DNA from: Styela clava
Lineage: Eukaryota
NCBI RefSeq assembly: GCF_964204865.1
Contig: NC_135264.1
Coordinates: forward strand, 11,036,001-11,100,000
DNA length: 64,000 bases
Direction of reading: 5' to 3'
Shown: one piece after another, positions 53,413-64,000 of the stretch
Position numbering within the stretch: position 1 is the first letter of the stretch
Layout of the letters: each line of letters starts with the position of its first letter
Program-made: the position numbers and the translations under genes
Notes under the pieces: generated by a model
Databases searched by the model: none
What the model was told of the DNA's origin: nothing
The model's input: the letters and a program-made list of their open reading frames with translations, nothing else

Positions 53413-55883
53413 CTATCCGATTATCCTCATTCCTCTCGGTAAATTAATTGGACGAACGAGGGGCTTTGGCTTCGTAACAGGCGGTATTGGTTTTTGTGGC
53501 GAGGCGCATCGACATTCTGAAATAAGTATAAGTTTATTTTAAGTCAATAATCAGTATAATAGACGATAAAATAATTGCTAAAAACAAAATGAAAGTGATT
53601 ACAAAATCAGGAAAGCGAACAAAACCTGAGGTAAGGTTTAAACGTACAGTTTTTTGAATGAAAGATGTTGTCAAAAGAAGTGGTTCGTGTTCGCTCACCC
53701 AAAAGGATTAAATTAATTAAAACACGCACGCATACACAATAAAATTAAAATAGAGAAAAAGGTAAAAATATAAACATAAGATTTATTATAAAAAATAAAT
53801 TAAATAGGGTGTCTCAGAAATAAGTATACACTTTTAATTTGGATTTGCTTTCCAGGTACTCGTCATAGAGCGTTCATTTCTTCAGGAAACATAGTATGAA
53901 TATGTAGTGAAATTTAGGTATTGTTTGCATTTTTCAATCCACAGAATAACGAAGAAATTAACCCCAAAAATGAGGAGCAAAATCGCTGATTGGCAAGAAG
54001 CATGTAAATCAGTAAGGCAAACTTAGCGTCTCTTTAACAGAGAATTTATAATTAATTAAGCTTCGAATGTTTTCCTCAGGCCGTCCGCTCCATGGTTTGT
54101 TTTCCTGATCTTTGTGCATCTACTACAGATCCAGTTTCCATGAATTTATGATGTATTGCGTAATTCTTCGTCGTAAAAGTGCCGAGTGCCTCACTGTTTT
54201 ATAGGCTTCTTGCCAAACAGCTATTTGCACCTCATTTCCTGGGTTAATCTCCTTGTCATTCTGTGGGTTGTTGAAAAATGCAAACAATACCTAAATTCAA
54301 CTACTAATCCATACTATGTTTTCTGAGAAAATGAACACTCTATGATGAGTACCTGAAAAGCAAATCAAAATTAAAAGTGTATACTTACTTTTGAGACACC
54401 CTGAAAGTAAAATTTACCACACCATATTAATAATTTTGTAAGGATTACCAATTTAAATTTATGTTCAAGATTCAAGCTTTTGCAATCGTAGACTATAAAC
54501 ATACTGGTAAGTAATTTGATGCGCGTCCGCAATTTTAAGGCATGTCCACGTGCTGCTAGACTAAAGTTAAATACCGCAATATAATAATAATAATTAGCAA
54601 CTAAAAAGAATTCCTTACGTGTCTTTTTTGAACATTGCTCGTTTTCGTTTGTTCGACGAGTGAAATTCGTTGTTTGACCATGGAGATATGTTTTAAAGCA
54701 TGATATTTTGCCGTTTTTGCGGAAGCAACGCGCAAGATATGGAATCATTTTTCCTATAAAAAAAGTAAGTGATTAGGATTAGTCTATTAATTTACTTATC
54801 ATTTTTAATACATACTGACACTCACTTTTAATTGCTTCAACTGCAGCCCTTAGCTCCGCATTTTCAGCTGAAATAATAAAAATAGCGAAGTGAGCATGTA
54901 GGGTAGGAGGTAGGGAAGAGAAAAGACAATAAGAGGGCATAATCATACGGCGAACACGGCCTCTCGCCCGGTTATCAGTCAATGTTGGGTATGGGACTAG
55001 TTATTATTTGTTTCAGATGCATGGACTTGAGGGCGGAGAAAGCCGTAACCGACCAGCGGTTTCATGAACCACCCTACGGCGACTCGGCGGCCAGCATTAT
55101 TTCTCAGCATACTTATTCCCCACGTGATTCGAACCTGTGACCTCAAGCAGTGTAATCAGAAGTGTGGGGGCGAGCGTATTCCTAACGCTTGGCACAATGC
55201 GCAACACTGCGGAGCCGTATATCATATACAGATAATTAATTGATAGTCTCAATTGAACTCTTTTCAAGTTCATATTAACAGGTCCTCTGTCCACGGCGCA
55301 ATTGCCTGAAGGGTATTACATTTTTAACTCTCGGCACTTCGTTGATTTCTCCCAGCCTTGCGCTGGCTGAGTTTCCTTGTCTGCGTATAGGTAATTTTGA
55401 CAGAACTGAAATGAAAATTAGTATGACGCTGTATGTAAAATACCGAGTGTCATTATCATGCCCATATATATCAGTAAGAGTATATATAAGTAGAGGAGCT
55501 ACAAATATGTTATTGACCAAAATTCCATACCACTGTTCAACCTGCACTTTTTCAGACCAACGCTTGTTAGTTCTGATGCAAAAAAACAGCTAGTCCGTAT
55601 TCCACACAATCTTACCTTTTAGTTCCGCAAATTTTCTTTCAACTATTTCATTAAATCTCGTTACATTTGCTTTGGAAAATCCTTTCAGGGAACCTTTATA
55701 CCCTCTTGCTCCATATGCTGAAAAACTTGTTCCGCTATGCCTACCGTATGCACCACGCTTTCCAAATATGTCCCCAATATAATCATGTGTAGCACCATTC
55801 TGACATATTGGAATTGGCGATAAACTGCTGCCAACCATGTATAACGATTGAAACACAAAAGTTCCGAGAAGAGCAGACCACAT
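53413..55883 (-). CDS. Secreted cationic protein (~182 aa) with a degenerate collectin-like layout
   Basis: Phase-1 join 55883-55616, 54867-54826, 54753-54619, 53516-53413 = 549 nt. It has a signal peptide-like start (MWSALLGTFVFQSLYMVGSS), broken Gly-X-Y repeats, a coiled coil (IVERKFAELKAENAELRAAVEAIK), a Cys-containing segment and a Pro/Lys/Arg-rich tail. Confidence 0.72.
53805..54403. mobile_element. Tc1/mariner-type (maT/DUF4817-like) fold-back element in an intron
   Basis: ~200 bp inverted arms beginning (T/C)AGGGTGTCTCA. The minus strand carries transposase remnants KFMETGSVVDAQRSG and GRPEENI. Confidence 0.85.
54905..55212 (-). mobile_element. tRNA-derived SINE
   Basis: Minus-strand B box GGTTCGAATC (55126-55135) with a degenerate A-box-like head near 55190-55210, followed by a GC-richer body. 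No cloverleaf. Ends approximate. Confidence 0.6.
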
Positions 55884-58800
55884 TTCAGTTATATTCACTC
55901 TAATTCTGCAATTACTAATTAACATTAAGCCTTTTATTTTTGATTGTCATCTTTCACGTGCGTGCTTATCATTAAATGTTCGTATACGTATAGACTTTAT
56001 TTATGGAATTTCATTGCGCCGCGGGCTAAAGCTTTCGTGTTTTGATGTTGGTCCTTGCTGGTTTAGCCACAATGAAGTATGCTGTACTGTGGTGGTTTTT
56101 ATTTATATTTGGGTCGTATTGTTTACTCATCAGGCGTCACGTAAAATTTGCATGTATGCCAGCACCGGTGGAAAATTTTCAACATTTGTACAAGGTACAT
56201 TCTTTAAAATTTAAGCCCATAAATACTGTCATTGGAAAACACATTAGACCTGAGAGGCAAGTAGGCCTGTTACACCATGATATATATATATTATATATAT
56301 GGGTCATTAATCCATCTAAAAACTACAATTTGAATGTTAATTTGACTAACAAAATTATGTGTCAAAGGCAATTCGAAAGCTGTCTATTGGTTAATATGAG
56401 CTATAATGGTTTGACAACATGCTATGTGTTTATTTAGAAATGCGTGGTTAGTTCCGCGCTAAATAATTACATAAACATTGATATCTGTTATGTACACCGT
56501 GCTTAATTACAGTTACTATGATTATGTATTATTGCTTAACATTTAAATTAAAATTTTATTCAATATTAGGTCATCTAAATTTGATTGCATTAGTATATCA
56601 GATTTTTTTGTTTAAAAAACAGACTGTTTTTAAATAAGAGCTCTTTTAGAATACTCCTTTTGTTTCCTTTTATATTTTTTCATTGAAAAATCCCTCGCAT
56701 TGCCGTTAGAATAGGACAAACTTGTGTGTTCGACCTCGCCGCATGGGAATCTGGTGGTTCACAACTCCACGTGGTGTGACAGGACCATTGTGCTACAGTC
56801 TGTGAGGGCGCGTACGGACAAGTCATCGATGCCCGTAGCATAAGAATTGACCAAGTTTTCACATATCCAGATTCTTGTTTTAATCCAATAAAAACATAAA
56901 AAACAAATTAATCAGCCATTAAAAAAAAAAATAGGTAAGACTTGATATGAAACATTTGTGTACAATATTCATTATTTTTTTATGTATATATATATTTCTC
57001 CGGAGACACTGGTAATAGGTAGGAAATGGAGTATCCACACCGATTGAGATTGATTTAAATCACACAGAGTGATTTTGAAAATGGTTTTAGATTCATGATA
57101 CATCTCTCAAAAAATAATATTCCGTATGCCCTTGAATGGGAGAAGTTATAATTTTAATTAATATTGATTCTTTTATTGGTAACTCGTGGTCAGCATTCAG
57201 CGGATGTCACGTTCAACTAACATTGTCGTAAATACCACCCAAAGAAATTTGGGCCTGCGGTTGTGTTCAACTCCGGACCAATAGCTATAGTTATTTTTTT
57301 TCATAATAATAAAAATACCAACATAATAACAAAACGATCCATATGTACATTTCGTGTTCAATGGACCATTCCCCGAGCATCGACTTCCTTGTTTACTTCG
57401 TGATATTGGGCAGTCAGCAAGATGCAAAAAGTGACGTAACAATGATCCCTTTTTGCATCCGCTCAGACACTTTTCTCACCCAGAAAGATTTCCAGGCGTG
57501 GTCATAAACATTACCTCGTTTTCGCGTTTTTGAACTACATTCGTTAGTTTTCAGTTGTGTTTCGGAAATATAAATATGAATCAGATAATTCAATGATCAC
57601 TCTGTCTTCTTAGAAATTTTAATTTAATTGCAATAATAAAGATTTGTGTAGAATTAGCTGTGATAGACGAGGCTAAAATTCTTTACCGGTACTTTTGAAA
57701 AACAGATTGTTGTATGCGATGAATCATAATGGTGGTTAGAAACACATACCCCATTTTACAAGAGCCAACTCGATAAACCACTCTTAATATAAGCCCCGAA
57801 ATTTTTGCAATGGTGAAGTATAGGAAGGATTTTTTTGGGGTCAAAGGTCGGAGAAAAGTCCATAATGATTAACAGTGTCGTGCAATCACTCAACTACATT
57901 GCACTTTACTTTTGTTTACGTTCGTCAGCGTTTAGAGCTGACGTCATCTTTAAACAGTTGCGGCACAATTCAGTGAAGGCTGGATACTGTAACCTGTAGG
58001 GTTGATATCTAATGGTTCAGCTTGTTGAATGTATATGAGACCAGGCAGTTTAAAATATGGAAATGTATGGGGTAATATGAACCCTCAATGAAATTAGTAG
58101 TATACTAATTTCAAATAAAACATTGGTTTATAATGCATATAAAATCAAATTAGTAGTATAATTTCTAGGTCTTGTGACAGATTCGAGTAACTTGGGTAGG
58201 CTATAACAGTTTTTGAGTCTGGCCTTATGCTGTGTGGCATGCCACCACACCAAAATAGGTGTAATAATTTTGTGAAGTGTAATAACTTTCTAGGTTTTAC
58301 ATTGTCAAGCTCATGTCATAATGTTGAAAAACTTGCTATCTGAAATTACTACAATATATCCTCTTACTAACGTAACGCGAGTATCCAGCAAATCGAGTAA
58401 CTAGTATGCTCAAAGTAAACATTATTTCACTATAATACGTTGGTCGCAGTGCCCGGGTAATACAGTTGAGATATTAGGATAAGATCTTTAAATGACCGGT
58501 AACCGGTGAATGATTTCAGATGGCTGTAATATCAGAGTAGACTTTGTAGAGTCGGGTTCTTTGAATTGCCATTTTAATAACTACTCAATGTACTAACTGT
58601 TTATTTTCATTTTATTGTATATTATATTATCGAATAATGCAATGTTTTTTATTTATTCTCCCTGAGATTTCACCTGACAAATAGGATATTCCCCATTTAT
58701 ATATTATATATATATATATATATTTCAGCCACAACGCGCTTTAGATCGTACCATTGCAAAATAGGAAGAATGACTTTTGTCTCGAATGCATTCTCCGTAG

Positions 58801-60392
58801 ATGCATTAAGACTTGTCGGAAAATATTTCACGAAGGACTGAAATCATGTCATAAAGGTATGGTTTATCATGGACGTCATATTATTTTAAGCATGTATAAT
58901 ATATATATTATAAGTTCAATACCTATGTGTTGCCAAGCCTCACTCAATGTGTTTTTGAATGCTATTTATCAAAAGTAGAAATTATATGGTTCACCATGAA
59001 AGATTCAATTGTTTTTATCAACATATTTTGTTTTGTTCATTCCTGACAACATTGCTTATTACTTCATTTTATTATTGTTATCTTTCACGCCTCGTTGATT
59101 TTGTATCTGGGATGCCCACTGTACTGGAAAAAAATATATATACCTCCGTGGACCTGCCCGTGCTTCCGGGGGTTGCTTCGTGGTCGTGACCAAGGCGGTT
59201 GTGGCGGGGGCTGATGTATCTGATATATTCGTGTAATAGTTATGTTTACTGAGTGTTATTAGTTAATTTAATATTGGATATAGATAATGTCGGCAATAAG
59301 ATCATGAAACCGACTTTTGCTTCATTCTCTTAGTTTTTACACCCATCCATGTAGTAGTAAGAACGTTGGCGTTAATACTCCCAACATGAAAGCCACACAG
59401 AAAATCTATTTGAAATATGTTATGGTTTTTATTTCTATCATGATATGGGAATATTTGACGCAATTTCGAATTTTTTTGCAATCGACATGGTTTTATTCAA
59501 ATCTTGTTCCGAGCCGATGCCCTGGCGCTGATCTCCGCTATTCTGTCTGAACTAAATTTTATATTCTTTTATTGCCGTTGGCATTGTCATTAATTCATGG
59601 GAATAAGATGGTTCGCTTTTTAGATTCATTTTTTCTTATTCGTTAATTATGTCACCTTTGAAGTCGTGGCGATAATACACTAAAATTTATCCATTGCTCC
59701 ATTCTGGCTATTTTTTGTTGGTGGAACCGGATAGTTTGACCCGAGCATAAAGGGGTATCTATACTTATTCCATTTTCTGTATATTATGGCGGTTGTTCAT
59801 ACCATTCATCGTAATTACGGAAGCAAAAGTATCAGGCTCTAGGCAGGGTGAACTTGCCAGAATCAAATGTCCACCCAATATTTATTGAAAAAATAAAATC
59901 AGATCAGAATAAAACAGATTAACAAAATGTAGACTCTTTTTACAATTTAAAATAAACAGTCAAAAATGTTAAACCTAACAAATGATACATTAAGGGACTG
60001 TTGGTCGCTTTTGCATAATATTTGTCAGTTAAATGTAATAAAAATCTGATTATTTTATTCAAATATTTTCCAAAGCTACAGAGAAGTATCTGAGCAAATA
60101 GTCAAAACTAGTAGCAACACCACTTAATGAATAGCCTCTTCTGAGTTTGACATAGAATTTGGATCTTGCAAGGACGGCTAAGAGTGTGTAAAATGCAACA
60201 CCACGCTGAGTGTATACAGCAACATGCGATACTTCCAACCAAGCAGGCTGGAAGCTAAGTGCAATAAAGAGAAACAATACTGTTGCAGCAGTCGCAATAA
60301 CAGAAGTGCATTCATCATACATTCAAAGTCGATTCACAGTTATTGCAAAATACGCTTGTATAGAAAAATCTGGCAACTACTTTATGTATATA

Positions 60393-61995
60393 TCACGTGT
60401 TGTAATTGTAAGGCGGCGGAGCAGTTTCGTAGGTGTTACGATCTGTACGTTCTCTTGATGGTGGTGGAGCGTACCATGGTGCAGAAGGCAATTTGCGAGT
60501 ATTTGTCTCGTAGTCGGCTGAATCATATTCCGGCATATTGCGTTCAAAAGACTCGTGTTGGCCGTTACGAGTAACTGTAATGAAAGATTGAAATCTTGTT
60601 ATAAGTAATATAGTATATATTTCTGCTAATACCTTCGGACAAATATCTATTTTCAAAACTCCAATTTAAAATGCAAAAAGAAATAAATGAAATAGGTATC
60701 GAAAATGCTAGAATAAAACAAAACAACGCACTAATCAGCAAGATCGCATCCGCTCGTTAAAAACTGATATTGTTCCCATTCCCACCATATCCATAGTTGC
60801 GTTTAGAAGCCATAAATGTCTACCTGTGTGAGGCGAACTCGGAGTTTCTGTGTTTCCTGGAAGAGTTGTTCGAGATTTTTTCTTGCAAAATCGTGCAACA
60901 ACTACTGCAACTATGACGAAAAACAATATCACCCCGAAAACGATAGCAATGATTGCTCCAATGCTGAGAACAAAATATTGAGAATTCGTTTATTCCAAAG
61001 TTATACATAGAAATAACATATTATTTCTATGTATATAGATAACGTATTATTATTAACATAGTAAACCGGATAACAGTATCCAACACAAAAACTTTTAATA
61101 CTGTTTCAGCTGATTTATTTTAACACAAATGTGAACAGTTATGTTACTTGAATAGAAATATTTGTACAAAATAAGTGGGAAATGGCCCTATGACTCTGTC
61201 TATCAACCATTAGTCTTAATATATGAATCGCATTTAAATTCTCGCATTGGACATTAACATTTTTTTGGTGTTTCAACAACAAGAATAAAAGCGTTCACTT
61301 TCTCGTTTATCGTATACTATACTAAACTTGGTTTCTTTCATTGTTATGTTAATTGCCATTTACCTTAACGCCACAACAGGATCAGATCTTGTTCGATTTC
61401 TATACTGATCCCAAGTGCAGCAAAACCGTCGATTACAACAATATCTTCTGTTGCTAAAAGGTGCTTGAAATGTGACACAATCTCGATTTCTCTGACACAT
61501 TGCCTCAACTGCAACAATAAATTGGCTATATTAATATGAATTGGCTCAATAAGTGATATTTCCCAATCCTGGTTAATTATGTTAGAGTCGATTAGGCTTG
61601 GCGAAGCAGGAGGGACGATTATTTGACTCAAGATTGCGGTTCTATGTGTTGCAAAGCGTGACCACCGCTTGTTGCCAAATGGATGTACATCCCCAAGTCG
61701 CGTTTTACTCCACAATTTTGATGAATTGGTTAAATGTCGTAGTCAGCAATTTTGTTTTACGCTAATATTCTTCCTCCTGGATGAGTACATAAAACATATG
61801 TCCCATCCTACCCGTGAAGAAAAATAGCAAGTTTTGCGGCGTGTTCTTATTAATTTAATAAAATGAAACATTTCTGGGCCTGAAAAAGGCATTATGACAT
61901 TCACATACGAAATAATCATAAAGTGACTTACCGTATTTCTGAGAAAATGTGACGATCAGTAGTGACATGTAACACATTTTCTCGAGTCGATGCAT
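60393..61995 (-). CDS. Shisa-like/CYYR1/VOPP1-type single-pass membrane protein (~176 aa)
   Basis: Join 61995-61932, 61508-61364, 60963-60824, 60574-60393 = 531 nt. Signal peptide, six-Cys C-C-CC-CC ectodomain (CQRNRDC...YCCNRRFCC), TM helix IGAIIAIVFGVILFFVIVAVVVA, juxtamembrane CKKK and a C-terminal PPPY. Confidence 0.82.
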
Positions 61996-63078
61996 AGTGT
62001 CGTAGAATGTTAAAGAATCCTTTGAAGCAGCAAGTTTTGCGAATTCGTCTCAGATTAACTGGGTACTATATACAGAATAGAACCGAACAGTTCACAACTA
62101 TACTCTCGTCTGTAAATAAGCGTGACAACAAGGCTTGTTTTGCTTCTAGAAGATTTATGGTTGAATAGGCCTGTTGTGAATTCATGTTTTTGATCGCGGT
62201 CGTTCAAGCGATGCGGTAACCCAGACTTGAGAGCCGTTAGATTAGAACAAAATAGACGTCCAAGTTATGAGGACACTTGAGCGCTGATGAATTTCTGCTG
62301 TGTATACTTGTTCAGGCTCATAGATTATACCGTTGATAGGGTTTCCGTGCGACCATTTTCATGTTTTTCATAATATACTAAGATGGCATGACCTGACAAG
62401 GAATGCTCAATCCGCTTTGATATAGACAGAAGAATGTTTTGAATGAATGAAATCCTATCATCTTACCGTAATATTACTGGTGATCAATGCCATTTTCTTG
62501 ATATAATATTCATAATAATGCGTGGGTGAACGATTTCATATATTATATAATATAAATTTTAGGAGGAGCCAGTTTGGGAGAAACGTTTCGTTAGATCACG
62601 ATTGGACTTTCATTTGAAGGTTTACATTTGAATTTTACATGCAAGAATATGGGGTTTCATGTATGGTTTTCTAGGCCCCTGTCAGGATAGTTGGCTACGT
62701 GTTAAGCTCCGTTCTCGCAAAAAGTTATTCTACTTTGAAATACTCTTGTTATGTTCTGCATATAACTAAGGATATGCAGGGAAACATTTATTTGCAAAAA
62801 CAATACTTCGTGAAACAAACCATTTGGTATATTATACTTCAGAAACGCATTAGAAAAAATTTAATATTGAAAATACAAAAACAATTATATATTCAGTACA
62901 CAATCCGTAAAAAATGATTCACAGATTATGATACCTCGTAGGCTCATTGCTAACTTCAGTGTTTCTGCAATGTGCCATAAGGTCGACTGACAACTACAGC
63001 ATCATCTAATTTGATAGAAATGACGCTCTTCATACTCAATCCAATCGCATTCATTTTGAGACACTTTATAATCGATAG

Positions 63079-63394
63079 CAGGGCTACTCAACTATTTTTA
63101 TCGAAGGTCCGCAAGCTAAACTTCAAAATTATTTGGGTCCGGTCTTTCCAGAACTGATATTTCGGCATCCTCAAACGAGCACTTCCTCGACCGACTAATG
63201 ATTTGTAGCAAATTAAAATTGTTTATTATGGTGTTATAGTTCTTTTCGTATATATTCAAAACTATGAAAGTCATTTTATAATAGAAAATTCAAAAAGTGG
63301 GGCTAATGATCCAAAATAAATAAATAGGTGCGGTCCAAATCTAATACTCGAAAGGTCCGGATTCGAACCGCGGTCCGCCAGTTGAGTAGCCCTG
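63079..63394. mobile_element. hAT-type MITE, 316 bp
   Basis: Perfect 15-bp TIR CAGGGCTACTCAACT / AGTTGAGTAGCCCTG; degenerate TSD ATCGATAG / ATCTTTAG. Confidence 0.85.
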
Positions 63395-63401
63395 ATCTTT
63401 A

Positions 63402-63589
63402 GTTTCCATTACATTTGAACCCATGACAATTGCACCTGTATGCTATTGCATCTATGGAATTTTTTTTTGTTTCACGGATAGTTAAACCCATACTAACCCT
63501 AACCCATGGGTTTTAGCACCCGCATATAGATTGAACCCGTGGATATACGCATGGGTTCAAATGTACGTGGGTTCAAATGTACGGTCACC
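63402..63589. mobile_element. Small inverted-repeat element with a CTAACCCTAACCC core
   Basis: TACATTTGAACCCA on the left is matched by two TGGGTTCAAATGTA copies on the right; telomere-like hexamers at 63493-63505. Confidence 0.65.
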
Positions 63590-64000
63590 TAATCTATATT
63601 GTAGTATGTGAATTATCCAAAATTGTACTTTACAACAATGAAAGTTTTGATAAAAAATGTTGTATCTTTTTATATTTTAATGATACAAATGGCCAGATTT
63701 ACTTATGCTTGTCTCACATTTCCTTCCGCCACCATTATTCGAAGTAGCCAACGTGATAAGCGTATTTAAAAGTGATGACCAGCTTGGCCTAACGTTAGCT
63801 TGCATTTTAATGTTGTTTTGCCAATGTTGTTTGCTTTTCCAAACCTTCAGACACTTACAAACTCTGAATTAAAGTTGTGAGTGTTCGATGCTAGAGTTTT
63901 CGGCCCGGATGTTCCTGCCATCCAACGATATGATTCGCTTCCATATTAGAGCTAGAATGTGCCGGCGACGAAGGGACTCTCAGTTGGCCTGATTTTCTCC

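Noticed and set aside
55120-55212. Possible tRNA gene (B box)
   Set aside because: No cloverleaf can be formed; better explained as a SINE head.
55275-55380. Possible extra exon of the collectin-like gene
   Set aside because: Its phase does not fit the next exon, and the coiled coil is continuous without it.
57197-59880. Short ORFs and slightly GC-richer patches
   Set aside because: No consistent splice chain or recognisable motif.

Overview
AT-rich metazoan genomic DNA with short GT-AG introns, not a prokaryotic region. The gene content fits an invertebrate chordate such as an ascidian, which is an inference. Bases 1-48400 form a tandem array in the order GPCR copy 1 (last exon only), decayed LINE, UNC93A-like a, complete GPCR copy 2, then UNC93A-like b, c and d. 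The GPCR has many LDLa modules and an RXFP/GRL101-type 7TM region but no leucine-rich repeats. Copy a of the UNC93A-like gene is frameshifted, copy c has lost its first ATG, and the four copies are mosaics of each other. Downstream are a 5-exon gene for a SAXO/Mn-motif-like microtubule protein (+), a 4-exon gene for a cationic secreted protein resembling a degenerate collectin (-), and a 4-exon gene for a Shisa-like/CYYR1-type single-pass protein (-). Mobile elements include several hAT MITEs with TSDs (one nested pair), a Tc1/mariner fold-back, Helentron-associated elements and a tRNA-derived SINE. Less obvious signals are a minimal type I hammerhead ribozyme motif in a copy-specific ~250 bp insert (27806-28055), a decayed spliced minus-strand gene split by the LINE, and a duplicated GPCR promoter/start segment. 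All gene models were built by hand from splice signals and reading-frame phase; no database searches were run.
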